The translations under genes and the position numbers were made by a program. A model generated the notes under the pieces. The model was not told the DNA's origin. It did not search any database and saw only the letters and a list, made by a program, of their open reading frames with translations. A stretch of DNA of 64,000 bases from an uncultured Gammaproteobacteria bacterium (GTDB lineage Bacteria > Patescibacteriota > Microgenomatia > JAMCZE01), in the NCBI GenBank assembly GCA_964576435.1, contig CAZNUP010000002.1, positions 42,112-106,111 on the forward strand. Reading direction: 5' to 3'. This document shows positions 23,833-33,127 of this stretch, in pieces (position 1 is the stretch's first letter; the number at the start of each line of letters is the position of its first letter).

Positions 23833-23861
23833 TTGCTCTTTGTCAATCCTGACTGTATAAT
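23833..23861 (+). promoter_or_regulatory. Sigma-70 promoter of the leuS leader
   Basis: TTGCTC (23833-38), 17 bp, TATAAT (23856-61), ending ~7 nt before the T-box Stem I. Confidence 0.7.
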
Positions 23862-23868
23862 AGTTTAT

Positions 23869-24017
23869 ATAAGTTATGATCCCGACTATCTCACCGGGGG
23901 AATTTATCGAAAAGCTTGCGAAAGTAGCTTAGAAATTAAGAAGCAAACAAGGTGGTACCACGGAAGTTTCCGTCCTTGTATACTAAATATTAGTAGTATA
24001 TAGAGGGCGGCTTTTTT
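23869..24017 (+). ncRNA. T-box riboswitch (Leu, ultrashort Stem I) with terminator
   Basis: K-turn Stem I ATAAGT-TAT-GA-TCCCG-[ACTAT CTC AC]-CGGGG-GA-ATTTAT; antiterminator CAAGG-TGGTACC-ACGGA...TCCGT-CCTTG; alternative hairpin CCGTCCT.../...AGGGCGG + T6. Confidence 0.88.
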
Positions 24018-26375
24018 ATGGACAAGAAATATAATCCAGCAGAAATTGAGCCTAAATGGCAGGAAGTCTGGGAGAGGGAAAAGCTTTACCAAACCCCAGA
24101 TAGACCTGAAAAGAAAAAATATGTTCTTGATATGTTTCCTTATCCATCAGGGGCAGGACTCCACGTGGGACATATTGAAGGATACACAGGGACTGATATC
24201 ATCTCCAGGTTTTTACGTATGAACGGGCATGGAGTTTTACATCCCATGGGGTGGGATGCGTTTGGGCTGCCTGCTGAAAACTATGCTATTAAGAAGGGAA
24301 TCGAGCCAAATAAGTCGACTCATGACAATATAGCTAACTTTAAGGAGCAAATTAATAGAGCTGGTTTATCTTATGATTGGGACCGGGAAATAGATTCAAG
24401 TAGCCCTAACTACTATAAATATACACAGTGGATCTTTATTCAGCTATTTAAGAATGGTTTAGCTTATAAAAAGAAGGCGCCGGCTAATTGGTGCCCTAAA
24501 GACGAAACTGTGCTTGCCAACGAACAGGTGATTGATGGGAAGTGTGAGAGATGTGGAAGTGAAGTTATTCAGAAAGATTTGGAACAGTGGTTTTTTAAGA
24601 TAACTGACTATGCTGATAGGTTAATAGATGGTTTGATGTATATCGACTGGCCTAAATCAACCAAAATGCAGCAGGAAAACTGGATTGGAAGAAAAGAAGG
24701 GGCAAATATAAAGTTTGGAGATATTAGTGTTTTTACAACTAGACCAGATACAATTTTTGGAGCGACGGCTTTGGTGCTTGCGCCTGAGCATGAAGTGTCT
24801 AAAAAGTTAGCATTGGAGAATAAAAAAGTTTCTGATTATATTTCTTCAGTTAAAAACGAGACACAAATTCAGAGGGAATCGTTGAATAAGGAGAAGACTG
24901 GAATTGATACCGGACTTAAAGTCGTCAATCCGGCAAATGGGGAGGAGATTGCTGTTTGGATTTCTGACTATGTTTTATCTGGAACTGGAACTGGAGCTAT
25001 TATGGCGGTTCCATATCTTGATGAACGAGATAGACAGTTTGCTTTGAAGTTTAATTTGCCAATTAAAGAAATTGAAGTTGACCCTTCGATATTTGGGAAA
25101 CTAGTTGAAAAGGGAGTAGCTTCAAAGCAAGTGAATTATCATCTTAGAGATTGGTTAGTTTCAAGACAAAGGTATTGGGGGGCACCTATTCCAATGATTG
25201 TTTGCGAAAAATGTGGGTGGCAGCCAGTTCCCGAGGAAAATTTACCGGTACTTTTGCCAACAGATGTTGATTTTCAGCCACACGGGGAGTCACCAATTGC
25301 AAGATCAGAGAGCTTTCAAAAAGATGTGGTTTGCCCAAAATGTGGAGGTAGTGCCAAACGAGAAGTAGACACAATGGATACCTTTGTTGATTCCTCGTGG
25401 TATTTTTGGGCATTTACGTTTGCAAATAAAGAACTGATGAGAGATTCTAAATTGGAGAAAAAAGGTGCTGAGAATGTATTTAGTGAGTTTAGAGAAGAAA
25501 TTAAAACTTGGACTCCTGTGGACTTTTATGTAGGTGGAGCTGAGCATACGGTTTTGCATCTTATGTACTCGAGATTCTTCTGGAAAGCATTTATGGATTT
25601 TGGTTTTTTTGATAAATCCTTAGGTGAAGAACCGTTTTTGAAGCTTAGACATCCTGGAACAGTTCTTGGGGAAGATTCACGCAAGATGTCTAAGAGGTGG
25701 GGAAATGTAATTAACCCAACAGATGTAGCTAATCAATATGGGGCTGACACTTTAAGGGTTTATGAGATGTTCATGGGACCATTTGATGCCACTAAACCTT
25801 GGAATACCAAAAGTGTTGCCGGGGTTCACAGGTTTTTGACAAAGATTTTTAAGCTTTTTAATGAAAGCGATATGGAAGTTCCCGCGACTGAAGAGTCAAA
25901 TAGAGCCTTGAATAAGCTTATTTCTAAAGTAACCGCTGATATTTCAGAACTTCACTTTAATACGTGTGTTTCTTCGATGATGGAATTTATGAATTTTGTC
26001 CAAGAAGAGAAAAATATTGGAAAAGATGTCTGGATGAAGTTTTTACTTGTTCTGGCGCCTTTTGCACCATATTTGACTGAAGAACTATATCAAACAATGT
26101 CTGAAAAAAGTCGAGGCAAAAACGAAAAATTTGAGTCAATTCATAAGCAGTCATGGCCTGTGATTGATAACAAATATTTAGTTGATTCTAAAGCCAAAGT
26201 AGCTGTTTCAATAAACGGCAAAACCAGGGGAGTTTTGGAAATTGAGGGCGGAATATCTCAAGAGAAAATTGTTGAAAAGGCAAAGTTAGACGAAAAGATA
26301 TGTAAATATTTGGATAATACCGAAATTAAGAAAGTGGTGTATGTCCCTGGGAAGATTTTGAATTTCGTGGTTTAG
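24018..26375 (+). CDS. leuS: Leucine--tRNA ligase
   Basis: MFPYPSGAGLHVGH, MGWDAFGLPAENYA, RDWLVSRQRYWGAPIP, KMSKR, C-term VYVPGKILNFV. Confidence 0.98.
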   Translation: MDKKYNPAEIEPKWQEVWEREKLYQTPDRPEKKKYVLDMFPYPSGAGLHVGHIEGYTGTDIISRFLRMNGHGVLHPMGWDAFGLPAENYAIKKGIEPNKSTHDNIANFKEQINRAGLSYDWDREIDSSSPNYYKYTQWIFIQLFKNGLAYKKKAPANWCPKDETVLANEQVIDGKCERCGSEVIQKDLEQWFFKITDYADRLIDGLMYIDWPKSTKMQQENWIGRKEGANIKFGDISVFTTRPDTIFGATALVLAPEHEVSKKLALENKKVSDYISSVKNETQIQRESLNKEKTGIDTGLKVVNPANGEEIAVWISDYVLSGTGTGAIMAVPYLDERDRQFALKFNLPIKEIEVDPSIFGKLVEKGVASKQVNYHLRDWLVSRQRYWGAPIPMIVCEKCGWQPVPEENLPVLLPTDVDFQPHGESPIARSESFQKDVVCPKCGGSAKREVDTMDTFVDSSWYFWAFTFANKELMRDSKLEKKGAENVFSEFREEIKTWTPVDFYVGGAEHTVLHLMYSRFFWKAFMDFGFFDKSLGEEPFLKLRHPGTVLGEDSRKMSKRWGNVINPTDVANQYGADTLRVYEMFMGPFDATKPWNTKSVAGVHRFLTKIFKLFNESDMEVPATEESNRALNKLISKVTADISELHFNTCVSSMMEFMNFVQEEKNIGKDVWMKFLLVLAPFAPYLTEELYQTMSEKSRGKNEKFESIHKQSWPVIDNKYLVDSKAKVAVSINGKTRGVLEIEGGISQEKIVEKAKLDEKICKYLDNTEIKKVVYVPGKILNFVV

Positions 26376-26553
26376 GTTTCCCGAAAAATTGTTCTTCCCG
26401 TCTTCGTGATAGCCAGCCTTCTAATTCTTTTCGATCCTTTCTCGATGAAGTGAGGATTTGCCTTTGCACTGCTTTTCCAAGGAGCCGTCGATTTATTGTA
26501 ACCCCTTTTTCCCTTCCCATCTCTAATTCATTTTCAGTTTCTCCTGTGCTCAT
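26326..26553 (-). CDS. Small basic hypothetical protein
   Basis: 75-aa ORF filling the leuS-comEA gap; TGcTAAAAT extended -10 lies 13 nt upstream on the minus strand; 50-nt overlap with leuS 3' end. Confidence 0.4.
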   Translation of the reverse strand: MSTGETENELEMGREKGVTINRRLLGKAVQRQILTSSRKDRKELEGWLSRRREEQFFGKPKPRNSKSSQGHTPLS

Positions 26554-26638
26554 AGTTCTAGGGTTTATTTTAGCATATCCTATAAATATATTATAGTTTA
26601 ATTCTTGACAAAGATTTTTAAAGTGTAAACATAAAAAT

Positions 26639-27286
26639 ATGAGTTATCCACAGGATGTTGATAAAAATAATGACCTTCAATTTGCGACGCCATGGCGTCG
26701 TTTTTTACCATTCATTGTGGGTGGAGTGGGTGTGGTTTTGATTGGTGCAGGAATATTTGTAAATATGTGGAAACAGCAAGAAAGTGAAAGTGTGGAAACA
26801 AGTGAAGATGTTTCACCACAAGCTACTGAATTTGTGAAAGGCGTGAATAATGTGAAGATTATTAAAGTTGATATTTCTGGCGCCGTCATAAAACCTGGAC
26901 TCGTTGAAATACCAGCTGATTCCCGCGTTCAAGATGTGCTCATTTCCGCAGGTGGGATTGATGCGAAAGCTGACCGAAACTATATATCAAGATCTATCAA
27001 TCTCGCTCAGCCAGTTCAAGATGGAATGAAAATATATATTCCATTTGAAGGTGAGTCTGTTAGTGCCAATACAGAGTCAGGTGGAGGTGCGGGAGGACAG
27101 AGTAGTAGTTTTAATATTAATAGTGCGTCACAGGCTAAGCTTGAAGAACTTCCTGGTGTTGGACCTGTTACAGCTAAGAAGATTATCGATGGACGGCCCT
27201 ATGGTGACGTATCTGAACTTAGTACTAAGAAGGTTGTGTCGAAGGCGGTGTTTGACAAAATTAAAGACCAAGTGGCTACATATTAA
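26639..27286 (+). CDS. comEA: Competence DNA receptor ComEA (TM, SLBB, HhH)
   Basis: VDISGAVIKPG...RVQD...AGG...INLAQPVQDGMKIYIP; NINSASQAKLEELPGVGPVTAKKII. Confidence 0.95.
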   Translation: MSYPQDVDKNNDLQFATPWRRFLPFIVGGVGVVLIGAGIFVNMWKQQESESVETSEDVSPQATEFVKGVNNVKIIKVDISGAVIKPGLVEIPADSRVQDVLISAGGIDAKADRNYISRSINLAQPVQDGMKIYIPFEGESVSANTESGGGAGGQSSSFNINSASQAKLEELPGVGPVTAKKIIDGRPYGDVSELSTKKVVSKAVFDKIKDQVATY

Positions 27287-28459
27287 ATGCTCAAAATATA
27301 TCTGATCCTCTTATGCTTACTCTTAATTCGAGTTTATACCTTTAATAACTTTAACTTCAGTAATAGCGACACTCAGGATATTAGGGGCAGGTTGACCTCT
27401 GAACCCACCGTTTATAAGGGTAACTATATATTAGATGTCGAAGGCAAGAGAGTTTATGTGACTATTAATAATATATATCACTATGGTGACTATGTAGTCA
27501 TAAGAGATCATGAAGCGACCAAAATTCGAACTGGCCAACCTCAAAGTAATATTTTTCTAACATTCAGACAATCTGTGCAAAAGGTTTATAAAACAATTCT
27601 TCGACCTAGAGAGGCAGACATAATTTCTGGAATGGTTCTTGGAGCTGATGATATGGGAGACAAGTTAAAAAATGAGATGGCAAATGCTGGTTTGATACAT
27701 TTAGTAGTAGCATCAGGTATGAACCTTACTTTGGTAGGTGGATTTGTATTTGCTCTTTTCACTGGCCTTCACTTACATCGACGCTCGGTTGTACTGATAG
27801 CTAGTGGTGCGGTAATTTGTTACGCTGCAGTAGCTGGATTTAACCCACCTATTGTCCGGGCCTTGATCATGTTTGAAGCAGTCATGCTGGGAGGACTGGT
27901 GGGTCGAAAGAGTGGTGGCCTATTTGCATTAATAGCAGCAGGATATTTAATGTTATGGGTTAATCCATCACTTACGACAAGCTATTCATTTTTATTGTCT
28001 TTTGCTTCTATGATGGGGCAGATTTTCCTTAGCACTATCAAACTTTCTTTGCCAGCAGTCATTGAAGCCTGTGTCCTTGTAGTTTTACAGAATTTATTGG
28101 CTTTAGTGTTTACAGCACCCATTATTTTGATTGGATTCAGTCGTTTTTCACCGATTTCCATAATTTCTAACCTCTTTATCACTTGGATGGTTGAGCCTCT
28201 AATGATAGTAGGGGGCTTTGCGGGAATTATTGGACTTGGATCGATGGAACTTGCTAGATTCCTACTTATACCAGTCAGTTTATTATTAGAATTTTTCCTT
28301 TTTATTGTTGATGTGTTTGGGGGGAGTGAAAAATATGTCGTCCATGTTGAGGGATTTAATATCTTTATAGCAATTGGTTACTATTTGCTTCTTGGGGCAT
28401 CAATATATAAAATACGGCATCATGGCGAAGAAAACAGTTCAAACACAAATGCCAATTAA
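27287..28459 (+). CDS. comEC: ComEC/Rec2 DNA uptake channel (competence domain, no metallo-beta-lactamase domain)
   Basis: AGLIHLVVASGMN, PPIVRALIM, SFLLSF motifs; abuts comEA. Confidence 0.92.
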   Translation: MLKIYLILLCLLLIRVYTFNNFNFSNSDTQDIRGRLTSEPTVYKGNYILDVEGKRVYVTINNIYHYGDYVVIRDHEATKIRTGQPQSNIFLTFRQSVQKVYKTILRPREADIISGMVLGADDMGDKLKNEMANAGLIHLVVASGMNLTLVGGFVFALFTGLHLHRRSVVLIASGAVICYAAVAGFNPPIVRALIMFEAVMLGGLVGRKSGGLFALIAAGYLMLWVNPSLTTSYSFLLSFASMMGQIFLSTIKLSLPAVIEACVLVVLQNLLALVFTAPIILIGFSRFSPISIISNLFITWMVEPLMIVGGFAGIIGLGSMELARFLLIPVSLLLEFFLFIVDVFGGSEKYVVHVEGFNIFIAIGYYLLLGASIYKIRHHGEENSSNTNAN

Positions 28460-29504
28460 GGATATTTTAGTAATGGCTGCGGCTGGGCTAATTGTTATTC
28501 TAGGGCTTAGATATATTGCTGCTGATTTGGTAGCACCACTTTTGGTTGCTTTCTTTTTGACGGCAATTTTTAGGCCCTTTTTTAATTTTTTCAGGAATAA
28601 AGGGTTGGGTCGGGGGTTGTCTATGTTTTTAATGGTTGGATCGGTCGCACTTGGGTGTATAGCCACCTTTCTTTTAATTACATGGTCTGTAGACGTTCTC
28701 AGACAGTCATTGTCTCAATATACGGCTGGATTTAATCAGGCTCTTTCTGAGATGAAAGCGGGATCAGAGTTTTCTAGCTTTAACCCTCAGGTGACATTTG
28801 GTTTTCTTCTTGCAATTCTTAGTAATATTGGATATTTAGTGTTGTACTTCTTTATTGTGCCGCTTCTTGCCATCCTGGTTCTTTTACAGCTTGATTCGAT
28901 GCCAAAGGAGACACTTAATCAAATTGTTGCTAACTCTGGAATTGCAGCTCGAATGAGTCGGGTTTCTGAGGCTATGGTTCGCTATGTTGGAGGAAGACTT
29001 AAGGTAAATATAATTTGCGCCTCTCTTTATACGGTTGTGTTTATATTTTTTGGAGTAGATTTTGCATTCCTGTGGGGATTTATGGCAATTATCTTAGGGT
29101 TTGTACCTTATATTGGATTCTTCCTTAGTGGACTTTTCCCAACTCTTATGGCATTTTCCCAGTATGGCCCAGTGGTAGCTTTGATGGTTTTAGGTTCAAT
29201 TCTTTTAATCGCATTCTTTGGAGAAAATGTTATTGATCCTAAAGTTCAAGGACAAAGGAATAAGATTTCGACTGCATCTATGGTGGTCGCTTTAGTATTT
29301 TGGACATGGCTTCTTGGAGCAGTTGGAGCCATTTTGTCGGCTCCCTTAACATTTCTAATTAAGACTATCCTTGCTGATTACCCTGAAACTAGATGGGTGA
29401 GCCAGTTTATGGAAGGTGACTACGCGGCATCTAAGAAAGCAATGAAGAAGTCGAACATTGGAACTAAGCTTAAATCATTTATTCCTTTTAAGAAAAAAGC
29501 TTAA
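28422..29504 (+). CDS. AI-2E family transporter
   Basis: Multi-TM; FVPYIG, ENVIDPK, FWTWLLGAVGAILSAPL; ATG at 28422 preferred over 28374. Confidence 0.88.
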   Translation: MAKKTVQTQMPIKDILVMAAAGLIVILGLRYIAADLVAPLLVAFFLTAIFRPFFNFFRNKGLGRGLSMFLMVGSVALGCIATFLLITWSVDVLRQSLSQYTAGFNQALSEMKAGSEFSSFNPQVTFGFLLAILSNIGYLVLYFFIVPLLAILVLLQLDSMPKETLNQIVANSGIAARMSRVSEAMVRYVGGRLKVNIICASLYTVVFIFFGVDFAFLWGFMAIILGFVPYIGFFLSGLFPTLMAFSQYGPVVALMVLGSILLIAFFGENVIDPKVQGQRNKISTASMVVALVFWTWLLGAVGAILSAPLTFLIKTILADYPETRWVSQFMEGDYAASKKAMKKSNIGTKLKSFIPFKKKA

Positions 29505-29825
29505 GCAGGCGCTAACAATTGAAAGGACAACTGCTCCAAGAACGGCTGGTATAAAACCATCCACTGTGAATCCTGGGACAAACCAAGCGGCTAGAAGAAG
29601 CATAAGGCCGTTTACAATTAAGGCAAAGATACCAAAGGTGATAATTGAAATTGGAAGAGCAATTAGTTGGACAATGGGTCTTATGAGAGCGTTAACTAGG
29701 CCGACCACAATCGCAGCAATTGCTAGGGTTTGAAAATTGTCCACAGAAATACCTGGGATGATCATGGTGATTAGCCAGAGGGCGACCGCATTAATTAAGA
29801 AGGAAACAAGCAGTGAAACAATCAT
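29475..29825 (-). CDS. YvlD-like 4-TM membrane protein (phage holin 4_2 family)
   Basis: INAVALW...GLVNALIRP...LPISIITFGIFALIVNG...VPGFTV. Confidence 0.88.
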   Translation of the reverse strand: MIVSLLVSFLINAVALWLITMIIPGISVDNFQTLAIAAIVVGLVNALIRPIVQLIALPISIITFGIFALIVNGLMLLLAAWFVPGFTVDGFIPAVLGAVVLSIVSACLSFFLKRNK

Positions 29826-30355
29826 TATTTGTCGAGATATTCCTTGTACTTTAGTGAATAGACCATTTCAGAAAGACCAGTAATTACGATAAAGAGACCG
29901 AACATAATGACTACTAGGCTGACTGTGAACTGTGGAAAAGATAGAAGTGCAAAGCCAACTAAGATTTTGAAGAGACTACTAAAGAGTGTTGAATGGTTGA
30001 CATCGTGATCGTGTTTCGAGAAAACAACCTTTACAACTCCAATTATACCTACTGCAATTGCCCAAATGGCAAACAGTAGGAAGATAACTTCTAACGTTAC
30101 TTGTGGCCAAGACATGATTAAGATTGATGCAACTAAGCCAATGATACCTTCAAAGACTAGAATTCCTGTAGTGCCGTTTTTATCACCTGGCCAGAAGGCG
30201 GCAATAATTAAGAGAACCGATTCAAATAAAAGAAAAGCTCCAACAAACCAAGTCAAAAGCACTAGGGTTTTACCTGGAAGAAGAATGGCAACAAGGCCAA
30301 GAGCAAGTGCAATTAAACCTTGAAGAAAAACTAAGAGCCAGTAGTGTTTTTTCAT
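29825..30355 (-). CDS. HdeD/DUF308 family membrane protein
   Basis: Six TM helices, W..L.QGLIALALG...P start pattern. Confidence 0.8.
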   Translation of the reverse strand: MKKHYWLLVFLQGLIALALGLVAILLPGKTLVLLTWFVGAFLLFESVLLIIAAFWPGDKNGTTGILVFEGIIGLVASILIMSWPQVTLEVIFLLFAIWAIAVGIIGVVKVVFSKHDHDVNHSTLFSSLFKILVGFALLSFPQFTVSLVVIMFGLFIVITGLSEMVYSLKYKEYLDK

Positions 30356-30900
30356 TTAGAATCTTTAAGAGCAAATGAAGCGATGATTGCAGAGATTCCA
30401 CCAATCATTGCTACAAAGGCGAGCACCCAGATTAGTGCGGCGGCATCGGCAATCATTGGTCCACCAAGAAGCATTAGACCTAATATGACGTAGAAGATTC
30501 CAAGAATTAGACCACCCCATGTCCATTTGTGGTCTTTTCCTAGGAAAATGTGAGTAAATCCACTAAAGATAAAGGCGAATGCTACAAAATAGACTAAGAA
30601 TGTAACTGTAAAGACTGTTGAGACTACTGGATTATTGATGATAACTAAACCAGCAATGATTCCAATAACACCACTTGCCAGTTCCCAACCTCTACTTTTT
30701 TCGCCAGTCTTATTAAAGATAGCAAGAATTACGTCAACACTCCCGGCTATTAACCAATAGAGTCCAAGTAGAGTTACTAATGCGAGCGTTGTTAGAGCTG
30801 GAGTAGTTAAAAGGTACCAACCAATAAAGATAAGAAGAACGCCTTGGATAATACCTAGCCACCAATATGGATTTCCCGATTCAACTTTATTTTCAGCCAT
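30352..30900 (-). CDS. HdeD/DUF308 family membrane protein (tandem paralog)
   Basis: WWLGIIQGVLLIFIG...P...GLYWLIAG; six TM helices. Confidence 0.82.
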   Translation of the reverse strand: MAENKVESGNPYWWLGIIQGVLLIFIGWYLLTTPALTTLALVTLLGLYWLIAGSVDVILAIFNKTGEKSRGWELASGVIGIIAGLVIINNPVVSTVFTVTFLVYFVAFAFIFSGFTHIFLGKDHKWTWGGLILGIFYVILGLMLLGGPMIADAAALIWVLAFVAMIGGISAIIASFALKDSK

Positions 30901-30986
30901 GATCTAGATTTATCACCCAGTAAATTTGATGTCAAGGGGTAAATTGGTCCATTTACAATTTTCTTACTTACTGATAAAACTGAAAT

Positions 30987-31865
30987 ATGGCTAAGAGTTC
31001 TGAAAAAGAAGTGAAGACAACACAAACAGTAAGTCCCCAGGGTAATTCTATGGTCGGACCATTATTGCTTTTGTTGGTAGCGGTAGTTTTTGCTTGGTTT
31101 AGTATTACTTCTGCTTGGATTACAAGGACAATTTTCAACCAACAAGTTTTTGTATCAACTGTAACGGCAGCTTTGCAAACTCCAGAATCACGACAAGCAA
31201 TTTCCGAATCAGTTGTTAATAGAGTGCTTGCTGATTACCCAATAATTAGAAGAGCAGTTGGTCCAACGCTTGTTAATACGGTGTCTGGAGTTTTAGCTTC
31301 TCCTCAATTCCAACCAGTTTATGAGAAAGCAGCACAACAAGTGTTCATTCAAATGACAACTGCAAATCCACAAGAAGTATCACTCGATATTAAATCAGCA
31401 ACAGATTTTGCAGCCCCTATTATTGATAGGCTTGATCCACAACTTGGAGCAAGACTTGCCAATGTTCCAGATAAGATTGTGATTATCGGAAAGGGTGAAA
31501 TTCCATCAATTTATGATTTTGGAGCAAAAATTTCTTTCTGGGGACCAGTTCTTGGTTTAGTATCGATTATCATTTTTGGGTTCCTTATGTGGAAAGCTAA
31601 AGGAATGGAAATGAGAGTTAAGCTGGTTGTTTGGACAGCAGTATATTTTGCAGCAATTGCATTCCTTATCTATTTCCTAATTCCATCTCTTGAGATGAGA
31701 GTGATGGCACAGATTAGTAATCAAGCGGCTGTAACAGTTATTAGTCAGCTCTTTGAAACAATGACCGCAAGCTTTATTCAGATGGTGATGTGGATTTTCT
31801 ATGTAAGCATTGCAATAATAATTGGTGGCTTTGCTTTCCTTAAACTTGCTCCAAGAAGAGGATAA
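30987..31865 (+). CDS. Hypothetical membrane protein (1 N-terminal and 3 C-terminal TM helices)
   Basis: 292-aa ORF with clear hydrophobic segments around an extracytoplasmic helical region. Confidence 0.7.
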   Translation: MAKSSEKEVKTTQTVSPQGNSMVGPLLLLLVAVVFAWFSITSAWITRTIFNQQVFVSTVTAALQTPESRQAISESVVNRVLADYPIIRRAVGPTLVNTVSGVLASPQFQPVYEKAAQQVFIQMTTANPQEVSLDIKSATDFAAPIIDRLDPQLGARLANVPDKIVIIGKGEIPSIYDFGAKISFWGPVLGLVSIIIFGFLMWKAKGMEMRVKLVVWTAVYFAAIAFLIYFLIPSLEMRVMAQISNQAAVTVISQLFETMTASFIQMVMWIFYVSIAIIIGGFAFLKLAPRRG

Positions 31866-31900
31866 AATGACAAAATATTTATCTCATAGTATAATGTACT

Positions 31901-33085
31901 ATGGGAAAAAAGAAGGAACAACCTCGTAAGAAAAATACAGCAGCGGAAAGATTTCGTCAGATATTAATTGGAGCGGGAATCGCCATTGGCCTTTTAGGTA
32001 TTGGGGCGGCGGCCCATTTTTCTATAAACAACTCCAAGGCCAATAACATTCCAGAATTCGTAGACGGTGAAGGAAAAACTGAACAGCTTTTAAATGGCCG
32101 TAGATTGAGTTTCGGAAAGATTTTATCGGATCAAGATTTAGTTCTTCAAATCGATAAGTCAGCTGAAGATGGATTATTAGATCAATCTGAAGCCGACCAG
32201 ATTGTTCGCACGGCTATTTATAATTCAATTATTTATTACAGTGGCGATAAATCTATTGCTGACAAACGTCTTGGAAATTTAGCATGGACAGATGATATAG
32301 AATCTGCCTGTATGGGTAGGCCTCTAGCTTGTGTTGTTAATACTAAACAAGGCCTTAGTATCCAAGTTGATCAAAAGTACTACGAACAATATAAACATGA
32401 TCCTAAATGGCTCGCAATTACTCTAGCTAATGCAGCTAGTCATGAGGCGTTTCATGACTTGCCACCTGTTTTAGTGGGCCAGATGGAAGAAGATTATGGG
32501 GTTTTGGGCAGATGTAAAAGGGAGGGGTTTTTCAAAGGTTTTTGGTCAGAGTTTGATGATTGTTCAGGTTTGGCGGCTGATTTAATGCATAAGACTATTG
32601 TGGATAATGGTAGGTTTGGGGTTGTGATTACAGTAGAGGAATTCGTGGCAGAAGCTGGCAGATTTAGTTATATGCTTCATTTGGCCAAAGGGAATACTCA
32701 ATCCGAACTAATAGCTCGCTCCGGATACTATATGGATCAATCTCTTGTCAATACTTTCTATCCAAATCAATCGGCAGATTCAGATTGGAAAAATTTTTGG
32801 AATGAAAAACTAGAAATTGATTCAATAACGAAATATTATTTGAGTTCATACCAAAGGGCTGACTTTTTTGTTGGCTTAGGGCATGCGATTGCCTCGAAGA
32901 ACCAATATCCTACCAACCTATCTGAAGAAAATTATGCAGCCTTGGGACTTGTAGGAGGTACTAGTTATTTCGACTATGAACTTGATCAATATGCTACTTT
33001 AACTAGATTGACTTCCGAACCAATTACACCTGATCTCATTAGTCAGATTGCCCAAGGGCTTAAACTTAGGAAACAAGGCAACTAA
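31901..33085 (+). CDS. Membrane-anchored hypothetical protein with HExxH motif (possible zincin metallopeptidase)
   Basis: N-terminal TM; AASHEAFH followed by VEEFVAE; TATAAT 5 nt before ATG. Confidence 0.55.
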   Translation: MGKKKEQPRKKNTAAERFRQILIGAGIAIGLLGIGAAAHFSINNSKANNIPEFVDGEGKTEQLLNGRRLSFGKILSDQDLVLQIDKSAEDGLLDQSEADQIVRTAIYNSIIYYSGDKSIADKRLGNLAWTDDIESACMGRPLACVVNTKQGLSIQVDQKYYEQYKHDPKWLAITLANAASHEAFHDLPPVLVGQMEEDYGVLGRCKREGFFKGFWSEFDDCSGLAADLMHKTIVDNGRFGVVITVEEFVAEAGRFSYMLHLAKGNTQSELIARSGYYMDQSLVNTFYPNQSADSDWKNFWNEKLEIDSITKYYLSSYQRADFFVGLGHAIASKNQYPTNLSEENYAALGLVGGTSYFDYELDQYATLTRLTSEPITPDLISQIAQGLKLRKQGN

Positions 33086-33105
33086 CCTTTGTTTCAAAGG
33101 CTTTG

Positions 33106-33114
33106 TGTTAAAAT
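33106..33114 (+). promoter_or_regulatory. Extended -10 promoter of the argS leader
   Basis: TGtTAAAAT just upstream of the T-box; preceded by small hairpin CCTTTG-ttt-CAAAGG (33086-33100). Confidence 0.6.
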
Positions 33115-33127
33115 AAATTAGGTTAAT

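Noticed and set aside
26644-26664. Replication origin
   Set aside because: Only two DnaA boxes, inside a CDS start, with no dnaA/dnaN nearby
26690-26715. WRRFL in ComEA as a twin-arginine signal
   Set aside because: Spacing does not fit RRxFL and basic residues before an N-terminal anchor are ordinary; too weak to call
29475-29825. Holin as evidence of a prophage
   Set aside because: YvlD-like family is common in chromosomes; no endolysin or phage genes adjacent
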